Positions 26,824-38,822 of a DNA stretch of 64,000 nucleotides are shown here, piece by piece; the first letter of the stretch is position 1; every line of letters begins with the position of its first letter. A model generated the notes under the pieces. It made no database searches and was not told where the DNA came from. It saw only the letters and a list, made by a program, of their open reading frames with translations. A program made the translations under genes and the position numbers. Origin of the DNA: Lytechinus pictus (Eukaryota); contig NC_087263.1 in the NCBI RefSeq assembly GCF_037042905.1, forward strand, positions 3,162,001 to 3,226,000, given 5' to 3'.

Positions 26824-27056
26824 GGCCCATATTCTGAAGTCGGGTTTAAAGTTGTGGTTTCACTATGGATAGCCACTAGTGGCATAAATCTCTAACAGTA
26901 GAATTCCAATACACCAACTCATTTTTCTCTCAAATCATTCTTAACTGTTTCGAAAGGATAAATACGATAGCTTTCTTCACCATTCATGAGTCAAGAAAGA
27001 GCACAGTAAACGATAAGACCATGGTGTAAGTTAAACCTGACTTTAGAATACGGGCC
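26824..27056. mobile_element. MITE with GGCCC(A/G)TATTCT termini
   Basis: Inverted ends GGCCCATATTCTGAAGTCGGGTTTAA / TTAAACCTGACTTTAGAATACGGGCC; CATG on both flanks. Confidence 0.8.
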
Positions 27057-28887
27057 ATGCGATTTACAGTTACAAGGGTTTTATTTTGACGTCGGTATAT
27101 AACCATGGATTTTCTCCCTAAGTTCATAGTACTTTAAAAAAATAAATCAAATTTGTAGGTTGGGGTGAGATGGGGCAGTGGAAAGAAATAGACATTGCGA
27201 TCAAAGATCTTTCGGAAATCATTCGTTTATCTCGCGATAGGCTGCTCGTTTCAAATTGTCGAAAATTAATTGTTTTCCGAAAAAAAAGTAGTTTGGTTAT
27301 GAAACTATTCGATCCTGCAATGTACTGCACATTTCATTTGTGTTTCTTTAAAAAAAAATGAAGTTGTAATTCAATATCTGCATGTTACTGAATACCTTCC
27401 CTCTAAAAATAACTGAATTTGGGAGGTTATGCCAACACTAATTACGGATCCTAGCGATTTGTGATATTTTACCACTCCAGAAAAAATGGTCTTATGTGCC
27501 AGTGGATATATTATTAGGTTATTTTTGTATGAAAGGTTAAACCTTAGATTCAAGGGAGGGAGAAATTCGAATGCGAATGTCGCAAAAAAATAATGAATAC
27601 GATATTTTCTTAATGATGGTTTTTGTTGGGGTTCAGACGCATCGCGTTCATTGGTGTTGAAGGAAAAACGTTTGCAAGATATTTCAAACTTAAATTAAAT
27701 TCTGTCGAAGTAAAATAGGACATTCTACTTTTTGTATTGTATGCGGGTGCAAGATTGGTTATTTTGGACCGCATTCGCACACTTTCGGAAAACGACTTTC
27801 TGTTCATGTCTGGATAAACCCATCTTCAACAAGTTCAAGACTCTAGATTTAAAGTCGAGAACTTGATTTAAAACAACTAGCAAATGAAACTGATCAAGGT
27901 TAGTCTCCAAGGAGAACTTGTCATTTTTTACCCTAAGTGATGACATCATTTTTAATGGTAACCTGCCGTGCGATTAATGGAATCCTGCACTTAAACAGCG
28001 GCATAGTATATTGATAGAGCTAAATGTCCATGCACCTTCAAAAATATAGAATAAAATAAATAAAGACAAAAACGAACGTGGCTTATAAATAGAAAATATG
28101 GTTATGTGCATTATGCGTGAGCCATCCGTCTTAAACCTCATACTAATATATTTTCTCTCTCATCTTCTAACATATCACTAGAATGTCATGAAATTCAGGG
28201 GGCGGTAACCCCCCCCCCCCCCCCCGCTCCCGAGAGCTGCCCCTGAACCCAATATGAAATTTTTTTTTACTGTGTTGTATCAACTTAACGATGTAGAAGA
28301 ACGATTTATGTTTCCTCGGGGAAGATTACAAACACGAAATTGCTATAGGTTCGCCATAAATCATAGTTAGCGGAACGAGGTTGTCTAAACTGAGATTAAA
28401 CTTAACTGTAATGTGGTGTGAAAATGGGATCTACCAAATATTTGGTAAGAGGGGAGCATGCGCGTTCCTTGTGTAATGTTTTGCCTCATGTTAGACAAAA
28501 TACCTAATTTATGGGTAAAATTGAATGCAACTTTGTGAAAATTCTACATAACATTTGCATATTTGGCATTTATCAAATTAACAGGGGGCGCGGAGCCGCC
28601 CCCGAACCGCCCATGCTGAGGGTACTGCAGCCCCCTCCCATACTGTTCAATAAACAGGTACAAAAACGTAACAATCAGAAAGTTATTTCGATTTTGTACG
28701 TGGCACCCTTTCCCCTCTTTCAAAACCGTTCCGGGACACGACACGGTGATGATGTTCCTTTCACACTGGTCTGATATGATGTATTCATGGACCTTATTTC
28801 ATGAAACTTTTTATAACTCTATGTCAAGTAACGGGGCGGGGATGGGGGTGCTGGGGGCGCCAGGGTATTTTGATAAGGATGCAAATA

Positions 28888-29158
28888 TACTCTCTAAATG
28901 CAAAGGAGCTATCGGTACATAATCACTCTCCTCTTAGAGTGAGATGAAGGACCACTCTTGATGCAACGAGATTTCAATCTTTCAAGAGTGAATTTTTTCC
29001 TTTTTTTTTTAGAGTGAAAGTGCATCTTTTTTACATTTTCACGCCAAACAAGGTACAATTCATTCTTGATAGATTAAAATCTCATTCCATCAGGAATCAT
29101 CTCACTCTGATAGGAGTGTGATTATGTACCAGATTAGCTCCTTCACATTTAGAGAGTG
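28888..29158. mobile_element. Palindromic MITE (CACT-type termini, EnSpm/CMC-like)
   Basis: Long inverted arms ACTCTCTAAATG..AAGGAGCTA / TAGCTCCTT..CATTTAGAGAGT. Confidence 0.7.
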
Positions 29159-29659
29159 GATATAGAGTTATGTGTCCCAGATTTCTCTAGTAGGCCTATA
29201 CATTTTCCTCCCCCTTCCACCTTTTCTTCTTTTCCTCCTTTTTCACTAATTGAAAATTCATGGGGCGACCGCCTCCTGTCCCTCTAATGCACCTCCCCGC
29301 CAATCATCTTTCGTAATTCTCAGAGGCAGGATTTCATTAGTTTTTATATCATATTACACTTTAGGAAACACGGACCAATATCATTAATCGTTCTTTATGA
29401 TTTCATCGTGAATGTTATACGCTAACGCTAACAATTTCCTGATTTTTATCAAAATAAATAATCAGTCGTGTATATTTTCTTTACCCTCATGTTCGGATTT
29501 GATCAATGTCAACATTCATGTTCACGTGGCAACATGGTGATTTATTGACATATAGTTGTGTTATAAACCATAATTTATACTTAAATAATCATATCCAGAA
29601 GTCGGTTTAAACTTGATTCTTAAATTGAAATTGACGTCTGATAATCGTCGATATTCATC

Positions 29660-30075
29660 GAATGAACTGCCAACAATAATATTGTTTAAACTTTCAAAAA
29701 CAACTCGTTTAAATGTTTAAACAATATGAGTGCATGACAGGCTTGAACAGCGTTGCTTTAAAATTTGAAACAACGTTTTTACAGTGTATGGAATTGCCAA
29801 TCTATCATGTCTATTGAAATCGTAAAGTCTGCAAATGTTGTGGGTGTCAACATCATATAAGAAAGTGGTTTTCCAAGAGTTATACACTAAAAACACCGTT
29901 TTAAAATCTTACACAAAACTGTTTCCTTTATTATACATGCTATATGAACATTATACAATAGTTGTTTGCCAGTTTAATCAACCATGCATGCTTGATATTA
30001 AATATAAACATTAATTTAAACATTTGTATAAACTGTTAAGCGCTGTATCACAATTTGAACAGCGTTTTTGCTGTG
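29660..30075. mobile_element. Two degraded CACT/CACA-terminus MITEs (~29660-29787 and 29885-30075)
   Basis: Ends AACGTTTTTACAGTG|TA and TA|CACTAAAAACACCGTTT...AACAGCGTTTTTGCTGTG; related to 46778-46951. Confidence 0.55.
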
Positions 30076-31386
30076 AAAAGAGGGGTGTCTGCAATATAGA
30101 CTATCCTCAATTTGTTGAATTTCAAAACTAGCAGGGAAGGGAAAGAAAGGGGGTTAGGGGTCATGACCTTCACCTCAATGTGACATTGAATGAGAGGATT
30201 ATGTTAAACCATGCATGGGGGCTTCATGCGATACCAGTACCAAACAGGATAGGCGACTGGTATGGAAAACAATAGTATGTCTCTTTTTGACAAATCTATT
30301 AAAAAAATAAGAGTAATTTTGAATCTTTCCTTCATCTGTCAGGTTACCAAATGTGTTTGTCGTTAATAGTACATCTATAATGTTTGATTGTTACATAATT
30401 TTATCATTGTATTATTATAGTTTGTAAATTCAACTTTTTTCAGCCTATAATTGGCTGCGATGTGTGGATATTTTAATAAAACCATAATAATAATGATATG
30501 TCGTTTAAAACGTCATTTTCATATACCAGTCTGTGTTACTACTCTATGGAAAAGTTACATATTTAGTAAAATGTGAACATAAAAACTATAAGTTTGGTGG
30601 GTAAAATTTTGTAAATATTAGGTTAAATACATGTTTCATACTATTATAAGTATTATAAATACCCTAATAATATTTGATATTACAGAGGACCTTCAATTGA
30701 CAAGTTTCATTTTGAATTTATCATTTTCTTAATAATAATTTTTCTTCATATTTTTGCAGTTTTACTTTTATATAAAGAGTACAGTATACTGTCACAATTA
30801 CCAATGTAATCATTGTTGACAGAGATGATTAATCTCTCTCAGGATCAAGCTACCTTTATCAAGCTAAATCAAATACTGAATACCAATTAGGCCTAATTTG
30901 TACGAAAATAGCCCTTATTAGTTTATACAAGTTCATCTAATGTAGGCCTCTAAGATATAGTGTATATAGAAGAAGACAGTCACGAAAACCGCGCAATACA
31001 TGATGATTCCCGTTTTCTACTAGTATTTATTTTTTTTTTAATCTGGTCATGATTAACAAAATAAAACATTAATATAAGTATACATTTACCTAGATTGCGT
31101 CATTGAACACAATGTTTAACTTAATATACTTAGCGATTGTCAGTATATGACCATTATGGGTTGAAATTCCAGTATCAAATTCACGGCGCACATGTGTGTG
31201 TGTGTGTATTTGAGTTTTGTCAGACGTGTATCAATCAGATATGATTATTTACGTCTGGGACCGACCTTTAATGCACCTCGTATATATCATTTATATCATA
31301 TTTCACAACTTTAGGCCATAGTGCATACACCTGCACAAGTTAATATAATGTAATACAAAAGTAATACAGTAATATAATATATTTAC

Positions 31387-31730
31387 CTGTTTCTTTTGGA
31401 GTTGATCTGAACGAATCGTCTGTATCACGAAAGGGCTATTAAACCACAAATGTAAAAAAAAATATTATACTGCCATTTCTTCTAATTGTTTCGACGTGTA
31501 AGAGACTCCTGATTTCATCGTAAAAGCGCTTTAATCGAGAGATTTCGTTTCAATCATCTCCCATCTTGTTTATTGAAAAATATACGTGAGCAATGATAAA
31601 GCCTGGCCGGGTGTAATCCTTTTGAGGGGTGACGATCCATTCACGGTGGTTCCAGCAGCGCAAATCGGCTTATGTCTTTGACGCTATTGAACCGCGCGAT
31701 CCGGCTTCGCACATCAATAGAAGCTATAAA
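31387..31730 (-). other. Probable non-coding first exon of the 610-aa gene
   Basis: Donor CAG|GTAAAT at 31387 on -. An in-frame TAG lies upstream in this exon, so it is likely 5' UTR. CpG-richer promoter-like region at 31600-31830; 5' boundary approximate. Confidence 0.5.
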
Positions 31731-31733
31731 ACT

Positions 31734-31765
31734 CTTGCATAGCAACGCCTGGTTACGTCTGACGC
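31734..31765 (-). promoter_or_regulatory. RFX X-box-like motif plus CRE half-sites in the putative promoter of the 610-aa gene
   Basis: GTTGCTATGCAAG on - (perfect GTTGCTAT half-site), next to TTACGTC and TGACG. Confidence 0.4.
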
Positions 31766-32359
31766 CCCCTTGCACAGCAGGCCGAGGAGCTACCCCATCG
31801 CGGTGGTAAAGAGATCGGTGATCGTGTATTGATTTTTGTGGGGAGGGGGGGGGGGGGTGTTAAAGAAGGGGAGGTAGGGTCGACCTCCGGAAAATACCCT
31901 GAGGTCAGAAAGGGTACTCGAATCGATGAGTAGGATAAAGTGGGCGATGCACTCTGGATAGATGAATAGGCGTTATACGTATATAGGTTGTTTTCGAAGC
32001 GGGACGAGTATTGAGATGGATAAATTATTGGGCCCCACCACTAGAATGATCCAATCTTACGTATACGTAGGCCTACTATTAGTTTTTAGATCACCGATAT
32101 CAGCATATATCCCATATTACTCTACCCGGGGGTCTTTTACTACCCCCCCCCCCCCCCAGGAAGAAGGTTTCGTAGTCCCATGGTCATCTAAGGTACTGGA
32201 TCACAAGGTTGGGGTTCGAATCCTGCAATGACACTAACATCCTTTGGCAATTAGGCGTTAATCCACATTTGCCAGACTCGACCCAGGTGACGTAAATCGG
32301 TTAGCGGGATGGGTATGACGCTAAGGTGTCTTATCAATAGCTTTATGCCGAAGCTAGGG

Positions 32360-35300
32360 CATGGGCGGAAATCTCTCCCCGAAGGTAGGGGGGGACCAGG
32401 GGCGGATCCAGCTCCCGCCAATTTGTTCACCCATATTCTCCACGATCGGTCGCTAAAAGTTGATTTTTGTTTGTTTCTTTGAAGGGGTTGTCCCAGTGGC
32501 GTAATGAGCCAAAAATTTTGAGGGGGCTTGATACGGCGTATCACGTAAAATTAATAAGAAGTTGCGAGCGAGCAAAAATTTCAAAAATGTTCATTACAAA
32601 AATCAGGCTTTATATTTCACCCTTATCCCTTTCCTTTTCTCTTTTTGTTTCTTGGTCGTGAAAAATTGGGGATGGGGGCAAAACGCCGATGTCCTAACAG
32701 TCATTTCTAACTTTATAAAAAACATTAAAAAGTGTAGTAATTTCATAAGCCATATTTAAATAGTGCGAGCGCGAAGCGCGAGCTTATTTTTTTTCGAATT
32801 TCATGTATTTTGTCCTGAAAATTGAATATTCTGGGCAATGTGTGTGAACAAGATGCGTATGTAGCTAAATAATTACTGCGAGCGGTTCTGGCTTCATCTG
32901 TAAAGCCCCTTTAGCCCCTTTCACAATTGACGTACGACCTGTTTACGACCACCTGCAACAGTTTTTTCTTGTTGTTGCACGATCGATCCCTTGGTGTCTT
33001 ACGAGCACTCGCAGTCGTTGTAGACAATCGCACAAACTCGAGGTGGTCGGAGGTGATCGTGACTGGTCGCATCTGAACTTTGAACATGTTCAAAATCCAA
33101 ACGCGATCAAATACGATTGATTCACTCGCAACAGGTCGTACCATCAGTCGGGCGATCATCGTGTGAGTGTTGTTCAACGTTGTACGACTTGGTGCGAGAG
33201 GTGGCACAACTAAGTATAGTCGCATTTAGTCGACTGGAGGTCGTACAACACTTGCACATGTGCTGGAGACCTACAGAGACCAGTCTTGCGACTGGGTGCG
33301 ATAATATAAGACTGTTGCAAGACCGATCGAAATTACAGCTTATAACATTCCACTACCGTTGCATTCGAATGTATGCGACCGTTCAGCCCCTTTCACAATT
33401 GACGTCCGACCAGTTTACGACCGCCTGCAACAGTTTTTTCTTGTTGTTGCACGATCGATCTCTTGGTGTCTTGCGAGCACTCGCAGTCGTTGTAGACGGT
33501 CGCACGAACTCGAGGTGGTCGTGAATGGTCACATCTGAACTTTGAACATGTTCAAAATCCGAACGCGATCAAATACGATCGATTTACTCGCATCAGGCCG
33601 TACCCGAGGTCGTACCATCGGTCGGGCGATCATCGTGCGAGTGTGGTTCAACGTTGTACGACTTGGTGCGAGAGGTGGCACAACTAAGTAGTCGCATTTA
33701 CTTGACTGGAGGTCGTACAACACTTGCACATGTGCAAGCAACCTAAATGTACAGAGACCTGTCTTGCGACTGGTTGCGATAATAATATGGGCCATAAGAC
33801 TGTTGCAAGACCGATCGCAACAGCTTACAACATTGCACTACCGTTTCATTCGCATGTATGCGACCGTTCCACTCGCAATCCCTCGTGCAACACTCGCATG
33901 TGATCGCACGAGCACAATAAGAGCATATGCGACTTACTCGTGCAACGGGGTTTACTGGTTGTTTTTGTTGTACGACAGATGTTGCAACTGTGAAAGCCTC
34001 TGTGCGATCTTATGAGATGACTAGCGATTGATGCCTGTTGCAGCCTGTCGCACGACCAAAAGGTCGCAAATGGTCGTACGTCAATTGTGAAAGGGGCTTT
34101 TCACAATTGACGTACGACCTGTTTACGACCACCTGCAACAGTTTTTTCTTGTTGTTGCACGATCGATCCCTTGGTGTCTTGCGAGCACTCGCAGTCGTTG
34201 TAGACGATCGCACAAACTCGAGGTGGTCGGAGGTGATCGTGACTGGTCGCATCTGAACTTTGAACATGTTCAAAATCCAAACGCGATCAAATACAATTGA
34301 TTCACTCGCAACAGGTCGTACCATCGGTCGGGCGATCATCGTGTGAGTGTTGTTCAACGTTGTACGACTTGGTGCGAGAGGTGGCACAACTGAGTATAGT
34401 CGCATTTAGTCGACTGGAGGTCGTACAACACTTGCACATGTGCTGGAGACCTACAGAGACCAGTCTTGCGACTGGGTGCGATAATATGAGGCTGTTGCAA
34501 GACCGATCGAAATTACGGCTTACTACATTCCACTACCGTTGCATTCGCATGTATGCGACCGTTCAGCCCCTTTCACAATTGACGTCCGACCAGTTTACGA
34601 CCGCCTGCAACAGTTTTTTCTTGTTGTTGCACGATCGATCTCTTGGTGTCTTGCGAGCACTCGCAGTCGTTGTAGACGGTCGCACGAACTCGAGGTGGTC
34701 GTGACTGGTCACTTCTGAACTTTGAACATGTTCAAAATCCGAACGCGATCAAATACGATCGATTCACTCGCATCAGGCCGTACCCGGGATCGTACCATCG
34801 GTCGGGCGATCATCGTGCGAGTGTTGTTCAACGTTGTACGACTTGGTGCGAGAGGTGGCACAACTAAGTAGTCGCACTTACTTGACTGGAGGTCGTGCAA
34901 CACTTGCATATGTGCAAGCGACCTACATGTACAGAGACCTGTCTTGCGACTGGTTGCGATAATAATATTGGCCATAAGACTGTTGCAAGACCGATCGCAA
35001 CGGCTGACAACATTGCACTACCGTTTCATTCGCATGTATGCGACCGTTCCACTCGCAATCCCTCGTGCAACACTCGCATGTGATCGCACGAGCACAATAA
35101 GAGCATATGCGACTTACTCGTGCAACGGGGTTTACTGGTTGTTTTTGTTGTACGACAGCTGTTGCAACTGTGAAAGCCTCTGTGCGATCTTATGAGATGA
35201 CTAGCGATTGATGCCTGTTGCAGCCTGTCGCACGACCAAAAGGTCGCAAATGGTCGTACGTCAATTGTGAAAGGGGCTTTAAAGGGATCTGATAAGGACG

Positions 35301-36753
35301 TTTTGCAGTTAGCCATTTTTGACATTCTAAGCACTATTTGTAATCATTAACGGTATAGGTATAAAACCAAACAAATAATGCGAGCGCGAAGCGCGAGCGG
35401 AAAAATTGAGATTTCAGACCTGATAATGGGACACTCTATTCATGTTTTGTAAATCATGAAAAAAGATGGAAAATTACATTAATAATGCAAGTGTAAAGCG
35501 CGAGCAGCAATTTTATTGACATTCTGATCTGAAACTGGATAAATTTAGCACGTTTTGAATAAAGATCAAGCTGCGTATCTTAATAAAACTGTGTGCGCGT
35601 GTTTTAGAGTTAGGCAGAATCTCATTCTGAATACATGTCATTTTTATCATGAAAATCAATAATGCAAGCGCGAAGCGCGAGCGGAAAATATTTGATATTC
35701 CGGTATGAAAAGGTGAATTTAAGCACTATCTAAAGCACTGTGTAGGGAAATTGTGAAGTGGATACGGATAGCACGTAATAAATGATGCGAGTGAGAAGCG
35801 CGAGCCGATATTTTTATTACTATTTTGACCTGAGACTTAGACATTCTTGGCCTAAGGACATTTTGTCATCATATGAAAATGATGACTATCCTCCTATTCC
35901 TATTTTGAAAAAGCGACAATTTTGTTATTAGGAATTCATGAAAATTTTATCTATCGTATTTATTAATGTTATAAGCATAAAAAGTGAGTGAAATTTGTTG
36001 ACATTGAGGCCTGAAAACTGGATATTTTAAGCACTTTTGTAATCATGAATAGGATTTATGAGTTGATATATATTTTCAACAATAATGCCAGCGCAATCGC
36101 GGACGAAATTTTTGATAAACTGTCAAAAAAGGGGGATTTTAAGTAATTTGTTTTAGAATTAATACCGGTATATAAAGAATATGATGGACTAAACAGAGAC
36201 AATATGTAGGCCTACGTGGCAAATCAAATAAAGCGAGCGCACAGCGCAAAAAGCTGCAAATGATATTCACACAATAAAACGGACATTTTACAGAGCAATT
36301 TGTAAATCAAACAAAATAATAAAAGCTCGATGTTCGAGCTGAAATATATGCATTGTATATTTCAAAACTTGGTTATTTTAAGCTACATATCAGCCTTTTA
36401 AACACGATATGTATTTCGTCGAACAGGCTATGCGAGCGCGAAGCGCAAAACTTTAATATAGTGACATGAAATATATTTTCAAATCATTTTCCAAGTCTTC
36501 CCTTGACCTTATTTCATTCACTCGTCTCCCTCCTCTTATTTTTCCTCCTTTTCCCCCTTCCGTTTTCTTTCTTTCCCTCTTTTTTCCATTTTTTTATCTT
36601 CCAAAATACATGTATTGTTTCGATTTTTATTGATGTATTTCTTTCCATCATAAAAGACCAAAAATAGTAGGGGGGGCAATTGATATTGTGTCCCCCCTAC
36701 TATTTTGGGTAGGGGAACGCGACCCCCTGTCCCCCCTGGGATTTCCGCCCATG
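32360..36753. mobile_element. Non-autonomous hAT-type element (composite)
   Basis: TIR CATGGGCGGAAATC / GATTTCCGCCCATG; exact 8-bp TSD AGCTAGGG (32352-32359 and 36754-36761); internal GCGAGCGCGAAGCGCGAGC repeats. Confidence 0.9.
32904..35279. mobile_element. Tandem array of non-autonomous PIF/Harbinger elements: [3'-truncated copy + full 714-bp copy] x2, period 1180 bp
   Basis: Left TIR AGCCCCTTTCACAATTGACGT at 32913, 33385, (34099, clipped) and 34565; inverted right TIR ends at 34098 and 35278; TAA on both outer flanks (32901-32903, 35280-35282). The TIR start is identical to that of the transposase-coding element at 62441. Confidence 0.9.
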
Positions 36754-36896
36754 AGCTAGGGTAATAATTGTGGAGTGTCAGGACTGTCCTATCTGACCGC
36801 TGACAGTCATAGCGTTGAATAAGAATCCAAACTAGGCCTATTGATTGTGACATTTACCGTTAAAAAGTAGAGTGTACAAATTTAATGTGTTCGTAG

Positions 36897-37113
36897 TGTT
36901 GACACGACATTTGCTCCTGCGATAAATGCTCCGGGCTTTATTTCGTCTGAAATGGGGTTAGAGTTAGCGTTAATACATGTACAAGGATGTTTCATGTTAG
37001 GGTTAGGATTACTAGTGTTAAATCCAGGGTTGAAATAATCATAGTCCCTCGATTATAGTGTGTAGAATTTATAGCGGATCAATAATTGTCGCTGAGGCAA
37101 ACGTCATGGAATC
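36897..37113 (-). mobile_element. MITE with internal TTAGGG-like repeats; inverted relative of 56411-56627
   Basis: Ends GACACGACATTTGCTCC / GGCAAACGTCATGGAATC; colinear with the 56411 copy. Confidence 0.7.
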
Positions 37114-37899
37114 ATTCTTATGCCGAAGATAATAATCAAAGAATATTGACATAGCAATTTATTTGTCGCTTAGTCACTATCTCGCTACATTCTACCAAAC
37201 AAAAATTCACCATGCTTTAAACAGAATTTTTACCATTAATTTATCAGATTGCGTTCTGCAACAGAGAAATAATATTCCCACAAATTGTGAGCATGGTGAG
37301 GCTTATCTTTTAATTGTGTACTTGCTAGTTTTAAGCAACACATTAACACAAGAGACAATGAATTGCTTAATGAAAGACGTAATTATATATTCTAGATTTT
37401 TATTTCTTTTTAAACAAGACAGTATAGAAATTAATAAATTATACAAGCATTTATAGAATGCATAGAATCGAATATCGTGCTGAAATGGAAGTATCCATAT
37501 CAGAGGCGTCAATCCATGCATGTTTCGGATTTGGGGCAAAGTTTTCTTTTTAACATGTCAAAGATTTTTCGGTGCTCTTCGCTGGATAAAATTATAATAC
37601 AGAATTTTGCGCACCGGAAAATTGAAATTTTTGTATGTTTGACAGTATTTTCATGCGAAGATTAATGGTTTTATACTGTTTTCCAATTTGCATTGCATAT
37701 TTGCAAGTTTTCAAGTTGTCAAAATTATCGGGGGGGGGGGTCGATTTGCCACCAATAATTTAATGGGAGCGATCGACGATTACATATAAGGTCCTTGCAT
37801 GTAAATATCGTATTAATAATATATGTTTATAATTTATTTAATTCAATGCCCGATTTGTATTTGACTTCGTTTTCTTTTTTGTTTATTTCGCTATTACGT

Positions 37900-38135
37900 T
37901 TGAGGCCGCTACCCTAGTCAAGCACTGCTTATGGTAGCGGTCTCCAGCATTTTTTTACAACTTATAATATTGCAAACTAATACTATCTATATACATTTTT
38001 GCCAATTAATTATTATTTGTATACATTTTTGTAAAAAGAAATGTATCACTATTATTTTTTATGTTGTACATTATGTTTGTTAAAAATTTCTGTTGGAAAA
38101 ATGCTGAAATAAACTAAAATCAAATCAAATCAAAC
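37900..38135 (+). mobile_element. Non-LTR retroelement 3' end fragment
   Basis: Stem-loop GAGGCCGCTACC..GGTAGCGGTCTC, then AATAAA and an (AAATC)n tail. Confidence 0.5.
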
Positions 38136-38822
38136 CCTCCCTTCCGATATTTAAAAGAGTATCTCCCAAACAGCGCTTAATAATGTAAATGGAAATAATT
38201 GAAACATAATGCAACAGAGTTGTGTTAATTTACTGATTTGAAAACAAAAGAAATTAGGACAAAAATTCATAAATAATTTTTGCTGTTCGCATGGCGGTAC
38301 TTGTCTAGCGTCATCTCTCTTCAGTCTTCATATTATTTGGGTTATTGTCGAAAACGAATCAAATATCGTGAAGATGAAATCTGATCAACCGTTAATGGAT
38401 ATATATCTCTATATCAAAGGTAATATAACTAAATAATTGAGGTAACTAACGAGAGATGGCGCTCGTTCTAAATAATACTACTTTAAAAAAATATCTGATA
38501 TCAATATGCAATAATATTACAATAGGTATTTTTTAAATATATATTTATGTCTCAGAATAATCATAATTATTACCAAAGGCAATTAGTTAGCTTAAACTGT
38601 TCTTGGTCTTGTTTCATAGAAAAAAACCCAAAACAATAAATTAAAAACGCCAAAGCTCTGTATAAAAAATTGTTACTTTTGAAAGACTGTATAACTCGCT
38701 AATACCCCATCCCCTATAAAATAAACGTAGGCGACGCCCTGGTATATCTTTCATAATTATTGGAGCAAAAAGTGTAACCGGTCCTCGAATGATAGCTTTA
38801 AAAAAGTCATGTGGACCAGGTT

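Larger units (their letters stand above)
32169..36830 (+). mobile_element. tRNA-derived SINE split by a 4.4-kb insertion (5' part 32169-32359, 3' part ~36762-36830)
   Basis: B box GGTTCGAATCC and core ACTCGACCCAGGTG as in the SINEs at 51528 and 58139. Removing the insertion restores AAGCTAGGGTAATAAT, matching AAGCTAGTGTAATAAT of the 51528 copy. Confidence 0.7.

Noticed and set aside
32911-35334. Duplicated 60-135 aa ORFs in the ORF track
   Set aside because: They lie within non-coding Harbinger MITE copies and show no protein motifs; they recur only because the DNA is repeated.
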